This document shows, piece after piece, positions 44,021 through 56,892 of a stretch of DNA of 64,000 nucleotides. This DNA comes from Vermamoeba vermiformis (Eukaryota): positions 124,001 to 188,000 of the forward strand of contig JBEWZL010000083.1 of the NCBI GenBank assembly GCA_045837725.1, given 5' to 3'. The notes under the pieces were generated by a model. It was not told where the DNA came from, did no database searches, and worked only from the letters and a program-made list of their open reading frames with translations. Each line of letters starts with the position of its first letter. Within the stretch, counting starts at the first letter, position 1. The position numbers and the translations under genes are program-made.

Positions 44021-44182
44021 GTGTGTTATATGAATATGCGCTCTTGTGGCCTATTCTCGTGACGTTCAAGTGAACTGAGTGCTCCATCCGCCGTTCATTT
44101 TTATTCGCCCAATTCCAGGTACTAGCACAGCGCTCGCGCGATCAGTGCGCACTATACACTACACAGCACTGACACAGTACGA

Positions 44183-46327
44183 ATGACCTCGTTTGAGGTG
44201 TTGAACTGCTCCTCTGAGAGCGACGAGTTTCCAGCGCTCAATCTGCAGACGGGACAGGGCGCATGGCAGACTGACGGCTATGTGCGCGAGGCGACTATAG
44301 ACCTTGGATTTAATATGCCCACTAGCTTTGATAAAGTCGAATTAGGTACGCTAGATATCGATTATTGGATAATTATAAATAAGCGTGACAGGCAATCTCG
44401 GATGTGCTTTCATCGAGCTACTCGTGGCTAAAGACGCTGATAGTGATGAATATGAAGCACTAGTAGCACCTGTAGCGCTGCAATCATACAGCGAGAGCAA
44501 ATCCAACACGAACAGAACGAAGAGCTTTGTATTCACTATGAAAGACAAACTCAAAGCTAAAGTGGCGCAACAGAACTGGACCAAGCTGCGCATCATATGC
44601 AAGCAGACATTCAACACTACCATGCCGATCGGACTCAGTTTTGTGCGCATCAACAGCACCAGCAAGACTGCGCCAGTTGTGAATGCGAATGTGAAGCCGA
44701 GCAGTGCTAATACTACTACTCATACTACGCATAGCACTAGCACTAATAACAACACGAACACAGCGAGCAACACGAGTGCACTGCCCAAGAGCAGCAGCAG
44801 ACTGGTGTTCGACGAGTCCCCCGAGGACGAAGAGAGTGCTGCCGCGCTGTTCCACAAGATCAAGCCGCAGTCCCTCACCTTCACGCAGTTGAAGGCACAG
44901 GTCGAGCAAGAGAAGCTCAAGACACCTGTCAAAAAGACTCCCGTGGCCAATAATAGCGCTGCACCTGCGCGGGACAATCCGTTCAGTGAAACAAAGAGTG
45001 CCACCAAACCCGCAGAGAAGAGTGTTAATAACAGCAATACTATAATAGGCAATAAGAGTGCCACTGACAAGAAGACGACTGACAGCAAGAAGAGCGACAG
45101 TAACACGGCTAAAAATAGCTCCAATAATGATACCAAAAATAGTAATAATAAGATTGCAAGTGACACCAAGAGCACGAAGAACGCATTGCCAAGTAAGGAT
45201 AAAAATAGCGCAAAGAATGACGACAAGAAGAAGAGTGTGCCACTCAACAAAGTGATGGTAAGCACGTGATTTCACTGAACTCCATTTGACACGTGTCACA
45301 TTTGACAGGCAGGTGTCACCATTGTCATCTCGGGCATTCAAAATCCTGAGCGCCACAAGCTGCGCACACTGGTCAAAGAGATGGGTGAGTGCCACCACGT
45401 GTCATGCACCTGTCAATCACTAACTCGCACCAGGTGGCAAGTACAGCCCTGACTGGGACGAGGGTGCCACGCACTTGATTGCCGTGTTCCCCAATGCCCC
45501 TAAAGTCCAACAAGCTGCGCAGGACGGTGCGACTATTGTGACCAAAGACTGGATCTACGACAGTCACAAGCGCGCAGCACGACAGAATGAACGACAGTAC
45601 TTGTTGGGGGGCAACAAGAAGCATAAGACGAGTAAGTGTCACACCGCTGTGCTGCGATGAGTGTTAACAGTGCTGTTTGACAGAGGACTCAGACGAGGAG
45701 TCAGACTCGGGACCGAATGAGTACGACTACGACGATGGATTTCTGGTAGCGGACGATGCAATGGACGGGGACTACGATCCGTCAGTCAAGGCCAAGCCCA
45801 AGACCAAGCCAAAGAACAAGGCAGTGATGCTCGCAGATGATGACATGGACACCATCAACGAGGCCGAGCAGTGGCTGAGCAGCACCAAGTCACAGTCCAA
45901 ACACGGTGTCAAGCGCAAGCAGGAGGACGAGGACGAAGAGGAAGAGCTGCTGCACCTCAACAAGAAGGTGAAGCTCGACAAGAGTGCTGCCAAATCCGCG
46001 GCCAAGCAACAGCAACACGAGTCAGACTCGGGCGAGGGCACTGAGGGCATGGCTGAAGATGACATTGAAGCGCAAGTGCAGCAGTTGAAGCGCGGCAAGT
46101 TGAGTGGGGACAATAAGACTAGCAACAAGAACAACAACAACAAGAATAGTAATGCTCACAAGAACACGAGTCACAAGCCTAATGCAGTGCAGCAAGATGA
46201 CGACGATGAGCTGACTGATGAGATGCGTGAGGACGAGATCCGCTCTCATCTCAAGCGTGCGAGTTCACAGCTGAGTCGCGACAGTCAGGGCACACAAGAA
46301 CTCGCTGAAGATGAGCTGTTGTATTGA
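44183..46327 (+). CDS. XRCC1: XRCC1-like DNA repair scaffold (N-terminal domain, one BRCT, acidic tail)
   Basis: GNLGCAFIELLV and WTKLRIICKQTFN..PIGLSFVRI NTD motifs; ISGIQNPERHKLR..GGKYSPDWDEGATHLI BRCT1. Confidence 0.85.
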
Positions 46328-46440
46328 TCTACCTTGTAAATATATTGAGATAAACCTCGATCGTAATGTACGCAGCTGAACACAAGTTGAGGGTGCACGG
46401 GTGTCATATACATAGTATTTTATTAATCTTAGGGGTGGGT

Positions 46441-47422
46441 CTAGGAGAATTTAAATCCAGGACCGCCTCGTCCACGACCACCGCGACCTCGATCGCCGCC
46501 GAATCCACCTCGTCCGCGACCACCGCGATCACCACCGAAGCCACCGCGACCTCCTCGGAATCCACCGCGATCACCACCGCGGCCTCCTCGGAATCCACCG
46601 CGACCACCAGGTCCACCACGGCCTCCTCGTCCACCTCTGCCTGCAGGCTTGGCACCTGGAGGGGGCTCTTGGAACATGTGCGCGGGCAACAAGCGCTCGG
46701 GACTGATGTAGCACTTGCCACCACTGTTGAAGGACGTCGCTTGGAACCCTGCTTGGGGCTTGACGGTGAAGTGCTGCAAGGGGCATGATTAGAATTGAGT
46801 ATGATATTTAAGTGCTGGAGCTATTGTAGTGGATGACAGCAGTGAATGTATCAATTTTGATATCAAATGCAATGCGTTATTTAAATGGAGCTTCAGTGTC
46901 AGAAAACTCGTGCTATTTCATCGTGGATCACTATTCATTATTCATTCTCACGAATCTAATTGATTTATAATTATGTCCAAATATTATTTAGCTCGTATCA
47001 CGAAGAAATCAATCGTCGATCTCATCTGCGATCCACCATAGAAAATAAAATATCGCTAAAAATAATACATACCACGTCGTTAACAGCACCAAAAATTTCG
47101 TCAATTGTTCCAATCACTGTCTTATTCTCCAAAAATACTGGGGCGTTAAACTTGGGGATTCGATCAGCTGTGTTAGCTTTGAAAACCATTTCGTTTTCGC
47201 AGGGATGAACGAATTCAGCGTATTCTAATTATTTTTATCAATCCTTAGTTAGTTACGATAATAATCAAAATAAATAAATTAATAATTACCGATGATCGAA
47301 TCAGGATTGGTCAGATTCATATCGCCGCCAAAGCCTCCACGACCTCCACGGCCACCACCACGACCGCCAAAACCTCCTCGGCCACCAAAGCCACCTCGAC
47401 CGCCTCGTCCTCCGCGTGACAT
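46441..47422 (-). CDS. GAR1: H/ACA snoRNP subunit Gar1
   Basis: RGG boxes at both ends; IPKFNAPVFLENKTVIGTIDEIFG core. Confidence 0.93.
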
Positions 47423-47725
47423 TATTGTATCTTAGTTCAGGTCGATATTATTCTGCAACTGTTCGGTTTTGTTACACGAGCAAAAAAAAAGCCTCCCTAC
47501 CAGATTGCAGGGAGGCATTACCAAATTAGGAAAGTGCCTCTGCGAAATCGGTATTGAACTGAAGAATCCTTTATTGAACTCGGTCTTACTACTCAATTGA
47601 TTGTTGAGAAGGCAGTTGGACTGCAGGGTTTATTCACAAAAATTTACAACAAGGTTTTTGCGTTACTCGCAAGTTGATAAGAGCAATAAATAATAGCATT
47701 CGCGTTGAATATATTACACCACGCG

Positions 47726-49661
47726 TTACTCGCGCTCGTAGAACAACATGTACGCCTCAGACTGCAGCACCGTGCTCTCCGAGACGAAGCGATAACTGTC
47801 GTCTGAGATGTACACCCACTGACTGGGCACTGTGCGCTGGTGCTCGTGCGTGGTGTGGACTGTGTGGTGCGCGGCAGTGGTGCTGTTGTACGCTGCTTGC
47901 CAGTCATCAATCAGCTGATCGTAGTTGAACACTGGCACGCTGTCCAGCAGTTTGCGGAATATCGTGTAGTGCCCGCCGAATGCACCGCCCGTGTGCGCAA
48001 TGACTGCCACGAGTCGGTAGTTCACGTGCTTGGCCTCGTGCTTGTCTTGGTCTGTGGGTGCCAGTTTGGTGGCAATCAGATCGCGCTTGCGTACCAGCTC
48101 TTCAGTCTTGAGATCGACTTCCTCCGCACTCGTTTGATTGGTGTTGTTGTTCGTGGTGGTGATGGGTGCAAATATGTTCTCGAGAGCGGAGGCACGGAAG
48201 TCTGGAATGAGATCCAAGAGCGGGAATTTCGATCTGACGCGTCCAGTGCTCGCATGACCGTGCTCGTCCTCAGACAGACTCTCCTCATCGTCCTCGTCCT
48301 CGTACACCTCGGGCGGCTTGAACTCACCAATGTTGAACGACGAGAAGGGATACATATTGAGCTCGGTGGGGAAGGTGAATCGGTCTGTGTTCTTCTGCAA
48401 ATATGACGACAGCCGCGAGACTTGCAGACGTTGCCAGTGCAGACACAACAGCTTGGGCAGACGACTGATCGCGAGTCGTTTAGTGATGGGCCACTGACGG
48501 CGAATGCGGCTGTGAGGACGCACTGGCATGCCACGCTGCGCACAGCCCACGCAATTGAGATCACGGATCTTCTCTTCGCGCACATAGGACCACAGCGCAC
48601 GCTCGAGGTCAGTGATCTTGTCGTCACGTGATCGCGGTCGCGTGGGTGGTGCGAGTGAGAGGTCCATGAAGTGCTGGCGCGTGAGTGACTTGTAGCCGCA
48701 GAAAGCGCACTCGAGCACGGACTCGAGCACACCGCAGAACGGATTGGTGGTCCAGCCGAGACTCGTCTTGAGCTTGTGATAGCTCTGCTGCTCGTGCGTA
48801 GTCTCGCTCAGTGCTTTGAGACCTGTCTTGCTGTCGTGGCGTGCAGCAGTGAGGTCTGTCTTGCTGAAGTAGAGCCGCGGCAGTGGCGTGTACTCGGTGC
48901 TGAACAGACACTGCACAATGTGACGCGTGTGACGGGACTTGACTTGCTTCAGAAAGCTCTCCGTCTCCTCTTCAATGGTGGACAGCAAATAGCGCATAAA
49001 TTCGTGCGCGTCCTGTAGTGTGCGTGGAGTTAGCCAAGTGACAGCAGTGATCTCAGTCCGCACTCGCGTCCTACCTGTTGTTCGCCAGTCAAGAAGCGCT
49101 TCTTCACATTGCCCTCGCGCGCGATTTTGGGTACAATAGCACGGTCTTTAGTAGCCACGCACATGTCTGTGAAAGGTGTCAGATCTAGTGCTCACTGTGC
49201 AACATTCGCGACTGCAGGCGTATTCGTATTAACATAATAATTATTTTAGAGAGTTATTCGTGCATTGATATCAACTTTGGAGCGAGCATCAAATAGTGAT
49301 CATAAATCTGGTACCTTGAAGTGACTGGTAAAGTGTTTGAGTTATTTTTCCCTGCGTCTCCTTGGCACGAGTGTGAACATACAAATGAAAATATTTGAGT
49401 CCGGATAATGCCTGAATAAATTCCGTAGTTATTAGTAATTTGTAATTATCGCCCGATCGAACTGTTTACCTGTATTACAGAGTTTAAAAAACAGGAATTT
49501 CCAATGTTCTTAAGACCTAATACTGGATTATAGGTGTCATCGGCTGTATTATTAGGGTTATGGTGGTGATGCGGTGGGTGATTGAGTGTTTGGAAGGCAG
49601 TAAGCGGTCCATTTAGTTGCGGAACACCACCACCGTACATGCTGTAGGTAATGTTGTCCAT
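47726..49661 (-). CDS. Ubiquitin-specific protease (peptidase C19)
   Basis: GLKNIGNSCFLNSVIQ Cys box, QQDAHEF, HTGGAFGGHY His box, WVYISD; start codon uncertain. Confidence 0.88.
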
Positions 49662-49819
49662 ATACTAGTCACCAGGCAAGTAACAGAGCTCAGAGAGCAG
49701 CCACGATGAAATTTGAGGAGTGAGTTCAGTGCACGTGATCGTTTGGCCAAATAAGGAAATACGTTCATACACCGCACTGCACGAAGCTGTTACAAAGTCG
49801 CATTTATTAACAAGTACAT

Positions 49820-51421
49820 TTAGGCAAAGGGATCAAACGAGACAGGACGTGACTGCAACAAGGTTAGTTCGCGCGCACATGACAACAGGACACTTACTTG
49901 CTGCGAGACTTGCGGGGCAGTTTGAGCATTCATCTGCATCTGCTGTTGTTGTCGCATTTGTTGCAGTAGTATCGCGAACTGTTGTTGCTGCACTGGTGTC
50001 ATTTGTTGCAGCTGCTGTGGTGTGATCTGTTGCAGCATTTGTATCTGTTGCGGTGTCAGCTGTTGATACGCCATCTGTGCATTCTGTGGTGTGACAACTG
50101 TCTGTTGCGGCTGTGCAGGCTGAGCATAGGGCTGTGTGGGTGTGTAGTGCGGCTGTGCGAGGGGTTGTGTGGGCTGTGCGGTGAATGGACTGAAGGACTG
50201 TGCCGAGGGTGTGACTGCGTGCGACTGCGAACTGAATGCAGGGGTCGCAGTGAAGGGCTGCGTGGGAGTGGCGCTGAAGTTGAGGGGCGTGGTGTACGCG
50301 TGTGGCTGCGAGGGGTAGCTGGGTGTGGACTGGGGGATCAGCGAGGGCTGCATGGGGGTGAGGGGTTGAGGTGGGGGGTGGGGGGGGGGGGGGGGGGTGA
50401 GGGGTTGAGCAGTGAGGGGTTGAGCAGTGAGGGGTTGTGTGGCTTGTGCTTGGAATGGATTGAACAGCTGTGGTGCGGACTGAGTGGCCCCCGTTGCAGA
50501 CTGTGCAAAGAATGGATTGGTGCTGGTGCCAGTGGTGTGTGAGGGAGCACTCAGGCCCAAGAAGGGATTGCTGGTCGTGGCTGGCACGGGCTGTGCAGTG
50601 ACCGGTGTGTCCCAGTTGATGAGCAGCAAGTCGTTCTTGGCTGAGGTCTGTGGCTGTGTGCGCGGTGGTTCGTGCTGTGTGCCGAGTGTGAGCGATGGAA
50701 TGTCATCGCCGAGGATGTTTGAGAGGGGCTCGGGCTGTGGCGTGTCGTCGTACTCGCCCACACTGGCGCTGCGGCCCTTGCTGCCTGAGTTGCGGCGAGT
50801 GCTCGAGGCACGTGACTGGCCCTCAGTCGCGACCCAGCGCTTCTCTTGATAAGTGAGGCGTATGAACTCGCGCACAGCTTTGGGGTCGTTCGAGTCTGGC
50901 ATGCGGTAGTCAGCAGGACTCCACCGCGCTAGCCAGTACTGACGCGCTTTCTGGTGGTGCAGATGTCAGGCATCGCTCGAGTGTGGACATGTATAGTGTC
51001 AATTACCTCATTGCCACCTTCTTGGAGCTTTTTAATGTCGTCTGGAGTGAACCGAGCCATTGAAATGCTGTTGACGCGGTGCGAGAACTCCCGGCTAGAT
51101 TTACAATATTTAATTTAATTTGCATATCGAAATAATACTAGGAGTTGTTTAATTGCATTTATACACGTTATTGTGCTTTTAAAAATTATTACTTGTTTAA
51201 TTGAAAAATTGCTTACTGGATGCCGGAGCACTGTGTGCAGACAAAAGTGGCAAAATTCATACACGCATATACGGGGCCCTATTAAGCATATTAGGACTTA
51301 TTCGTGAGCCGCGGTAACGCACCTTCTGTCCACAGTCCATGCATCTATTATTGCCGGGGATTTGTACAAGCTGTCGCAATATTTTTTGGTGTCTGTCTTC
51401 TTGCACTTTGGACGAGCTCAT
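49820..51421 (-). CDS. ArfGAP of the AGFG/HRB type with NPF/DPF motifs and a P/Q-rich tail
   Basis: CMDC..FVCTQCSGIHREF zinc finger; NPF x3; terminal DPFA. Confidence 0.88.
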
Positions 51422-51583
51422 CGCTATTGTGGTGTGTTATTACAGTAGTTTGTTGACAGAGGTCAAGACTGGGTAAATTTCAAATTTTCACAACGACGTC
51501 CGTGTCACACTAGAGTACTGATAAGTCGGAAGTAATAACCAATGAGTCGAAGTACACTCGAGGCATATCCCCCACTACCTCAG

Positions 51584-51661
51584 CACTACCAACACTCAGC
51601 ACTACCAACACTCAGTACCTACCCATGCTCAACACTAGCACAATGCAACACTAGCACAATG
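51584..51661. repeat. Two adjacent 16-bp tandem duplications
   Basis: CACTACCAACACTCAG x2 (51584-51615); CAACACTAGCACAATG x2 (51630-51661). Confidence 0.85.
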
Positions 51662-51819
51662 CAATGCTGGAGTGACAATTAAGAAATTCGCGTTTATTTT
51701 CACATAAGGATTGGTCGCTGCGACGAGGTGCACAGAATTCAACAAAACAGCAGCGTAACCAATTAATGGTTCGTATATCACATGTGAGTGAGCTATGTAT
51801 ATATATATGACCCCCCTCG

Positions 51820-53808
51820 TTACTGAGAGTTGTTGTTGTTGGTGGCGCTGCCGTTCTTCATGGCGGTAAGTCGCTCCTCGCGCTCCTCCCAGTAGCCGCC
51901 ACAATAGGCCCAGTACTCGTACGAGGTCTTGCCCGCGTGTTTCCTCTTCTCAAAGTACTTGGGCTTGTACACAATGTTCTGTGCATCGCGTTGTCGCTTG
52001 CGCTCTCGTTGCGCTTCTTCGAGACGATGCTTCTCGTCCTTGGCCTTCTTGATCTCACCGTGCTCGAGGGCCAAGCGATCCTTGCGCAGTCGCGAGTCTG
52101 AGGGCGGCAAGTAGAGCTTCATCTCTTCGGTCAATTCGAGCAACTTGATGCCGAACTCGGTCATCTCCCACTTCTTGTAGGGGTCGCGAGTGGTCGGGCG
52201 GTACTTGTGTCGCCAGGCCAGCTTGGGCTTGCCGAGCTCAAACTGATCGGTGACCTGATCGTCGGGGCTGTCTTCAATGGGCTCGTCTGTGGGCACCTCT
52301 TCGACTTGACTCGCATCCACGTGCAAATCACGTGACTCGCGCGGGGTGCTGGGCTCGGAGCTGCTCTCAGAGTGGTGATCGTCGCCCTTGTGCTTCTTCT
52401 CTTTCTTCTCCTTCTTCTTGAGCTCTTTCTCCTTCTTCTTCTCCTCCTTAATGTCGTTCTTCACCATCTTTTGCAGGGCCTTTTGTGTCTTCTTGTCCAG
52501 ATCTGCATTGTCCAACAGCGTCACGTACATGCGATCGTTCCACTTGCCGTGCAACTTGAAGCGAGGCTTGCCTTCGTTGGTGTACACCGTGCCCTCGACC
52601 TCGTGCCAGCCCTTGCTGAACCAGCCGCACTGCTTGAACTTGATCTCGGCGTAGCGCTCGTCCTCGCGGCAAGTCACCACAATTTCACCGTAGTTGTCGA
52701 TCCAGACTTTGCCGAGAATCAAATTGTGCGCGACAGTCTTCAACTTGGCGTAGTCCCAGTAGTAGGTCTCGTCCCAGGACTTTAAGCGCACATTGGTGCT
52801 GCCGAGGGGCGTCACATCCAAGCTGTTGCCTTGGAACCTGAGTGCAAACAGTTAGTTGCTGGCTTAATCGACGCTACTACGGCACTTCTTACTTCGTCTT
52901 GATCATTTGGTCTTGCCAGTAGTCAAATGAAGGGCACTCAGCGATAGCAGCACCGATGGGCGGGTGGTGGCTGACTTGTTCGGCAAAGAAACGGAAGCTC
53001 TTGTTCGGATCAACGTACTCGTAGGTCTCACCGAGCAGAGGATTGAACGGCTTGTCTATTAAAAATATGGCGTTAATATTCGGCCTTTAAACGAATAGCA
53101 GTAAGAATTCCACTTTTTGGATTGAAATAACGACACTGAAATTTTTTTCGGAGCAATGCTAGCACGTAATTAATGCGCAATTAAATACGTTTGATATTTA
53201 AATTATTAAATAAGAGGACCAAAAGTTTTTTTGTGCGTTAAGTAACGCTGCGGATCGTTGGGTACGCAAAGCAATAAAGGAAAACGAAAATAAGCCATTT
53301 CACTAAGATTAAACTCGCAGCATTATCGGGGAAATATTTTGGATTAATTAGCTGCTAAATAATACTTTTCGTAATTGACCCGACCCGAAATCCGGCCAAA
53401 CCACTTACTTGTTTTCTCCGTGGTACTGTACGAGCTAATAGCGAACAAAGCTACGTAAAGGGTTCTATAATCGGCATCATCAAATTTGTTGGCCTAAATA
53501 AAAAAGAGGAGCGGGTAAATACATATAATTCGAATCAGATTTACAAAATCCGCGTTTCGTAGGAGTATTAAAATGATGAATACCTTTTCTAAGAGTTCAT
53601 AATATGTCAAATATTCCATCATGCGTTGCAAAAAGCTAGTAGGCTCATTGTAAGTAACAGGAATGGCGATGGTGGTCACATCAATGCCAATAGCCTTGCC
53701 AATGACCTTCAACAAGTTGGAGCGGTCTTCTTTCTTGGGCGGTTGCAAGTCTTCATCGTTGTCTTGCTCACTCTTGGGGCTCAAGGGTGGATTCTGGTTG
53801 TCCGACAT
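51820..53808 (-). CDS. Short oxysterol-binding protein (ORD only)
   Basis: IPVTYNEPTSFLQR, KPFNPLLGETYE, AEQVSHHPP, LPPSDSRLRKDR. Confidence 0.92.
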
Positions 53809-54265
53809 CTTGGATCTAAAAAGGCTGATCAGAAAAATGAATTGCACTGCCAATGAGTGTACTATCGCACCTCTAGTCAATAAGTGAGTGGTGCAGGTGT
53901 TGTTGCAACGCGATTAGCAAGATAATTAAAAAGAAAAAAAAAACAAACAGCGGAGGTACGGGGCACAACGGCTATTAGCCCGCGCTACTTAGCACTGCCC
54001 TCACCTGCGCGGAGTGTGGGGCCGATGCGTGTCTGAGGGTGATGGAGATTAATACTATGAGCTGCGATTCTTTGATTCAAGCCCGCTTTTCTCCGACAAA
54101 TTGTGTCTGAGTTTCGGATGAAATCTGTTACGATCCGTATTAATTGTTAATTTAGCCGCGCGCCGCTGTAATTACGAAGTGAAACATGTGGATCGGCTCG
54201 TGGATTGTTCTAGAATAGGACGTGTTTATTCCTGAGGGACTATGTACAATGGATCTTCCGAGATC

Positions 54266-54701
54266 TTAAAGAGCCCGCTTAACAACATAAATTTTGTCGT
54301 GTATTAGTGTCGCTAGTATATTGTAGTTAGGGTATGAAACTGTCAAGAGCTAATTAGCAACAATGCTAGAGCGAATTAATTAGGTACCTGTAAAGCGCTT
54401 GAATCCGTCTTTGGATGTCTTGGAAAGAATGGCGTTTGTGTCTTGCAGCATATTGTATATTATCTTAGCTGTTTTAACATCGCCTTGCAACTCTCCTGCG
54501 GACTGATCACAAGCGTAAGCGTGTATTAATTGGATTCTTGTTTAATTAAGATAATTATAAAATATTATTATGCATTATTGTTGTGTTGCGAGGATATCTT
54601 GGTGGTACCTGCAAGATGGATCCGTTGTAATCCAGCGTAAGAGAGCCTAATTGCTTCTCAGCATTGATTGCATTATTTATATTTGAGTTATCTAATGACA
54701 T
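54266..54701 (-). CDS. LAMTOR4: Ragulator subunit LAMTOR4-like roadblock protein; 3 exons, not captured by the ORF track
   Basis: Spliced product MSLDNSNINNAINAEKQLGSLTLDYNGSILQ|SAGELQGDVKTAKIIYNMLQDTNAILSKTSKDGFKRFT|VSYPNYNILATLIHDKIYVVKRAL* parallels LAMTOR4 QLGYLVL..SSGDL..FKRLSV..VFVVKR. Confidence 0.8.
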
Positions 54702-54729
54702 TCTACTTTGGTGTTTATTATGGCGTGGT

Positions 54730-56870
54730 TGAACATGAAACAACATAGTATCTTGTTGCAACCAGGGCACCTCTTAGAAATTTCTGCAAATAAAGCTTCA
54801 TGCAACACGTACTGAGCAAGGATCGTATTCGTCTTTGTCAATTTTGTGTCCCCAAAGGGTTGCTAGTGAAGCAATCTTGGATAAGGCAGCATGCCATTGT
54901 CTTTATGGAAGGACGTGACTTAGGAAGCTCAAATGGAGTGTTGTTTACTATTAGTCCAAAACTGAAGCGAGTGAGAATATTCTCTCCATTGCCCAGATCT
55001 GTCGTGCCGCTCAACTACGGGCGCCCTATCCCTGGTGTGTCAAATATCGGTACCAACAAAAGGACGTACCATTATGCTGGAATTCAGGTCGCTGGGCATT
55101 CCACATCCTGATGCCAATTTGGCAATCAACTACACTGCTGGTTTGATCTGCGGAACTCTTTATTATCCCAGCCAATCACGAGAAGGTTGCATTTCATGCC
55201 ATTGCCCTCAATACTAGGAACTTTCCATCATCTTTATTAATAGCCTGCTACAGAATGCAGTCTTTTCTCCGTTGTGCATAACTGGACTTTCTTTTAGAGG
55301 CCCTGATGCAAGAAAAGTGACTGAGGCATTTGAAAGATTCGCATCTCAGGAGGTTGCTTGCCAGAATAGGTGAGCTGGGCACAGGGGTCTGCCAGCCCTT
55401 TGTGGCTGGTTTGACCCGCTATGGATGCAATGGCAAGTGCGTTGCAGATTTTTTATGGCTTTGATAGCCCACATTACTTGCATGTTGATAACAAACCACA
55501 GTGGACTGGAAAAATAAAGTCAGACAGCTTGGCTACGATTTTTCCAGTCCAATAGTGGGTAACAATGCCTTGTGCCATACTTACCTGGGGGTGCTTCTCA
55601 TTCATTCCACTTCAGTTCTATGCAGAACACATATCTACAGGGGCGGACGTCCGCCGACCATACATCATGAAGAATTAAGCAGTTAACAAGATTTCTATGC
55701 CATGTATATGATTAAGCATATCCCTTCATTATAACAAGGTTTGCCCCATACTGGACATAGTTACAACATAAAAAAGTATAGATGATTCAAAATAATTTTC
55801 ATAGCTAGGTGACAATGTATTGTAGCCAAAGTTCAGGGTTGCAAAAAATACGTATAATTGTGTTGTACCGAACATGTGCATACTTATGCTGAAAATTTAC
55901 AAATTGCTGCCACTACAATATTTTTGATGATTACTTATATTTTCTTGTAGATAGTGATAGATCTAGGTGTTTCCAAAGTTTCAATGGTACAGCCAATAGA
56001 ACAAAGTTCTAGTACTTAAGTTCTTTGCAGAACATTGCCATTTTCAGCCTCTGGCAGACACAGCAACCCCAGACGGACACAATGTCCACGGAAGGACAAA
56101 AAATTTTTGGCGGACGGGAGATCCACCAGGAGGATCACTAAACTGGCTCACTATGTTAGGCTGGATGTCGTGGCGGCGTCCAATGCCGGACTCGTCCAAA
56201 CTCTGCCATTAGCATCAGTGGACCCAAGAAGCCTACTATTGGCACAGGAGGCTTTGGGCTAAGCTTACTGATTACCTGCCAAGTCAAAGTTCTGCGCAGA
56301 ATCCATCTTTTTCCAGGAAGCACTGCCTTGCCGTTTATCTGACCCCTGCCTTTGCAAAGATCGCCACCCTGACCTGTTTGGCCTCCCATCCAACACCGGG
56401 AAATACGAATTATTCATAGTAGAGGGCATGTCTGGAAGAATGGTTTGCCCATTCAACCTTATGCCAGCCAAGCCACCACATCGCAGAATTTACAGATATG
56501 TCAAATGTAGGTACGTTTAAATGCCATACAGAAGAGGTGCGCAAAGATGTAATGTGAAATATTAAAAATGGGAATCTTGAATGCATTGGATGGCTCCGAA
56601 GAACACTTGACCAACATTGAGGTCGAATCATTTGAAATTTGTACTCGAATAAAATTGTTGTTGAGAGTTTGCAGTAAAGAAATCAAATTCTACATCATGC
56701 ATGAGAGACCGCCATGCCAGCTATGTACGCCTCACAGGGCCCCCTGGCCAAGCTAATCCATCCATGGTAATTTACTACGATGAATGCAAAACAGTTCTTA
56801 CAGCGTGTCCATGGCTTGGTATTGGTATGGTAGTACTGGTGCTAAGCATAAGCGAAGTCCAACATAAAAA
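54730..56870. other. ORF-poor, CpG-depleted island; possible decayed mobile or foreign element
   Basis: No coherent spliced gene found; 7 CpG counted in 55441-55980, against 8 in the single line 57181-57240. Confidence 0.4.
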
Positions 56871-56892
56871 TTCGATAATGGTTTATTTACAA

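Noticed and set aside
44484-45398. Long antisense or alternative-frame ORFs (e.g. 44484..45398, 10211..10897, 18863..19381, 1202..1720, 48076..48732)
   Set aside because: They shadow well-supported genes with biased codons or low-complexity sequence and show no motifs of their own
46775-47072. Large GAR1 intron (also OSBP intron 53056-53408 and intron 991-1180) as snoRNA hosts
   Set aside because: No C/D box pair with a terminal stem or clear H/ACA fold seen by eye
50363-50406. Long G run, possible G-quadruplex
   Set aside because: It encodes the ArfGAP poly-proline on the minus strand, and homopolymer length is unreliable
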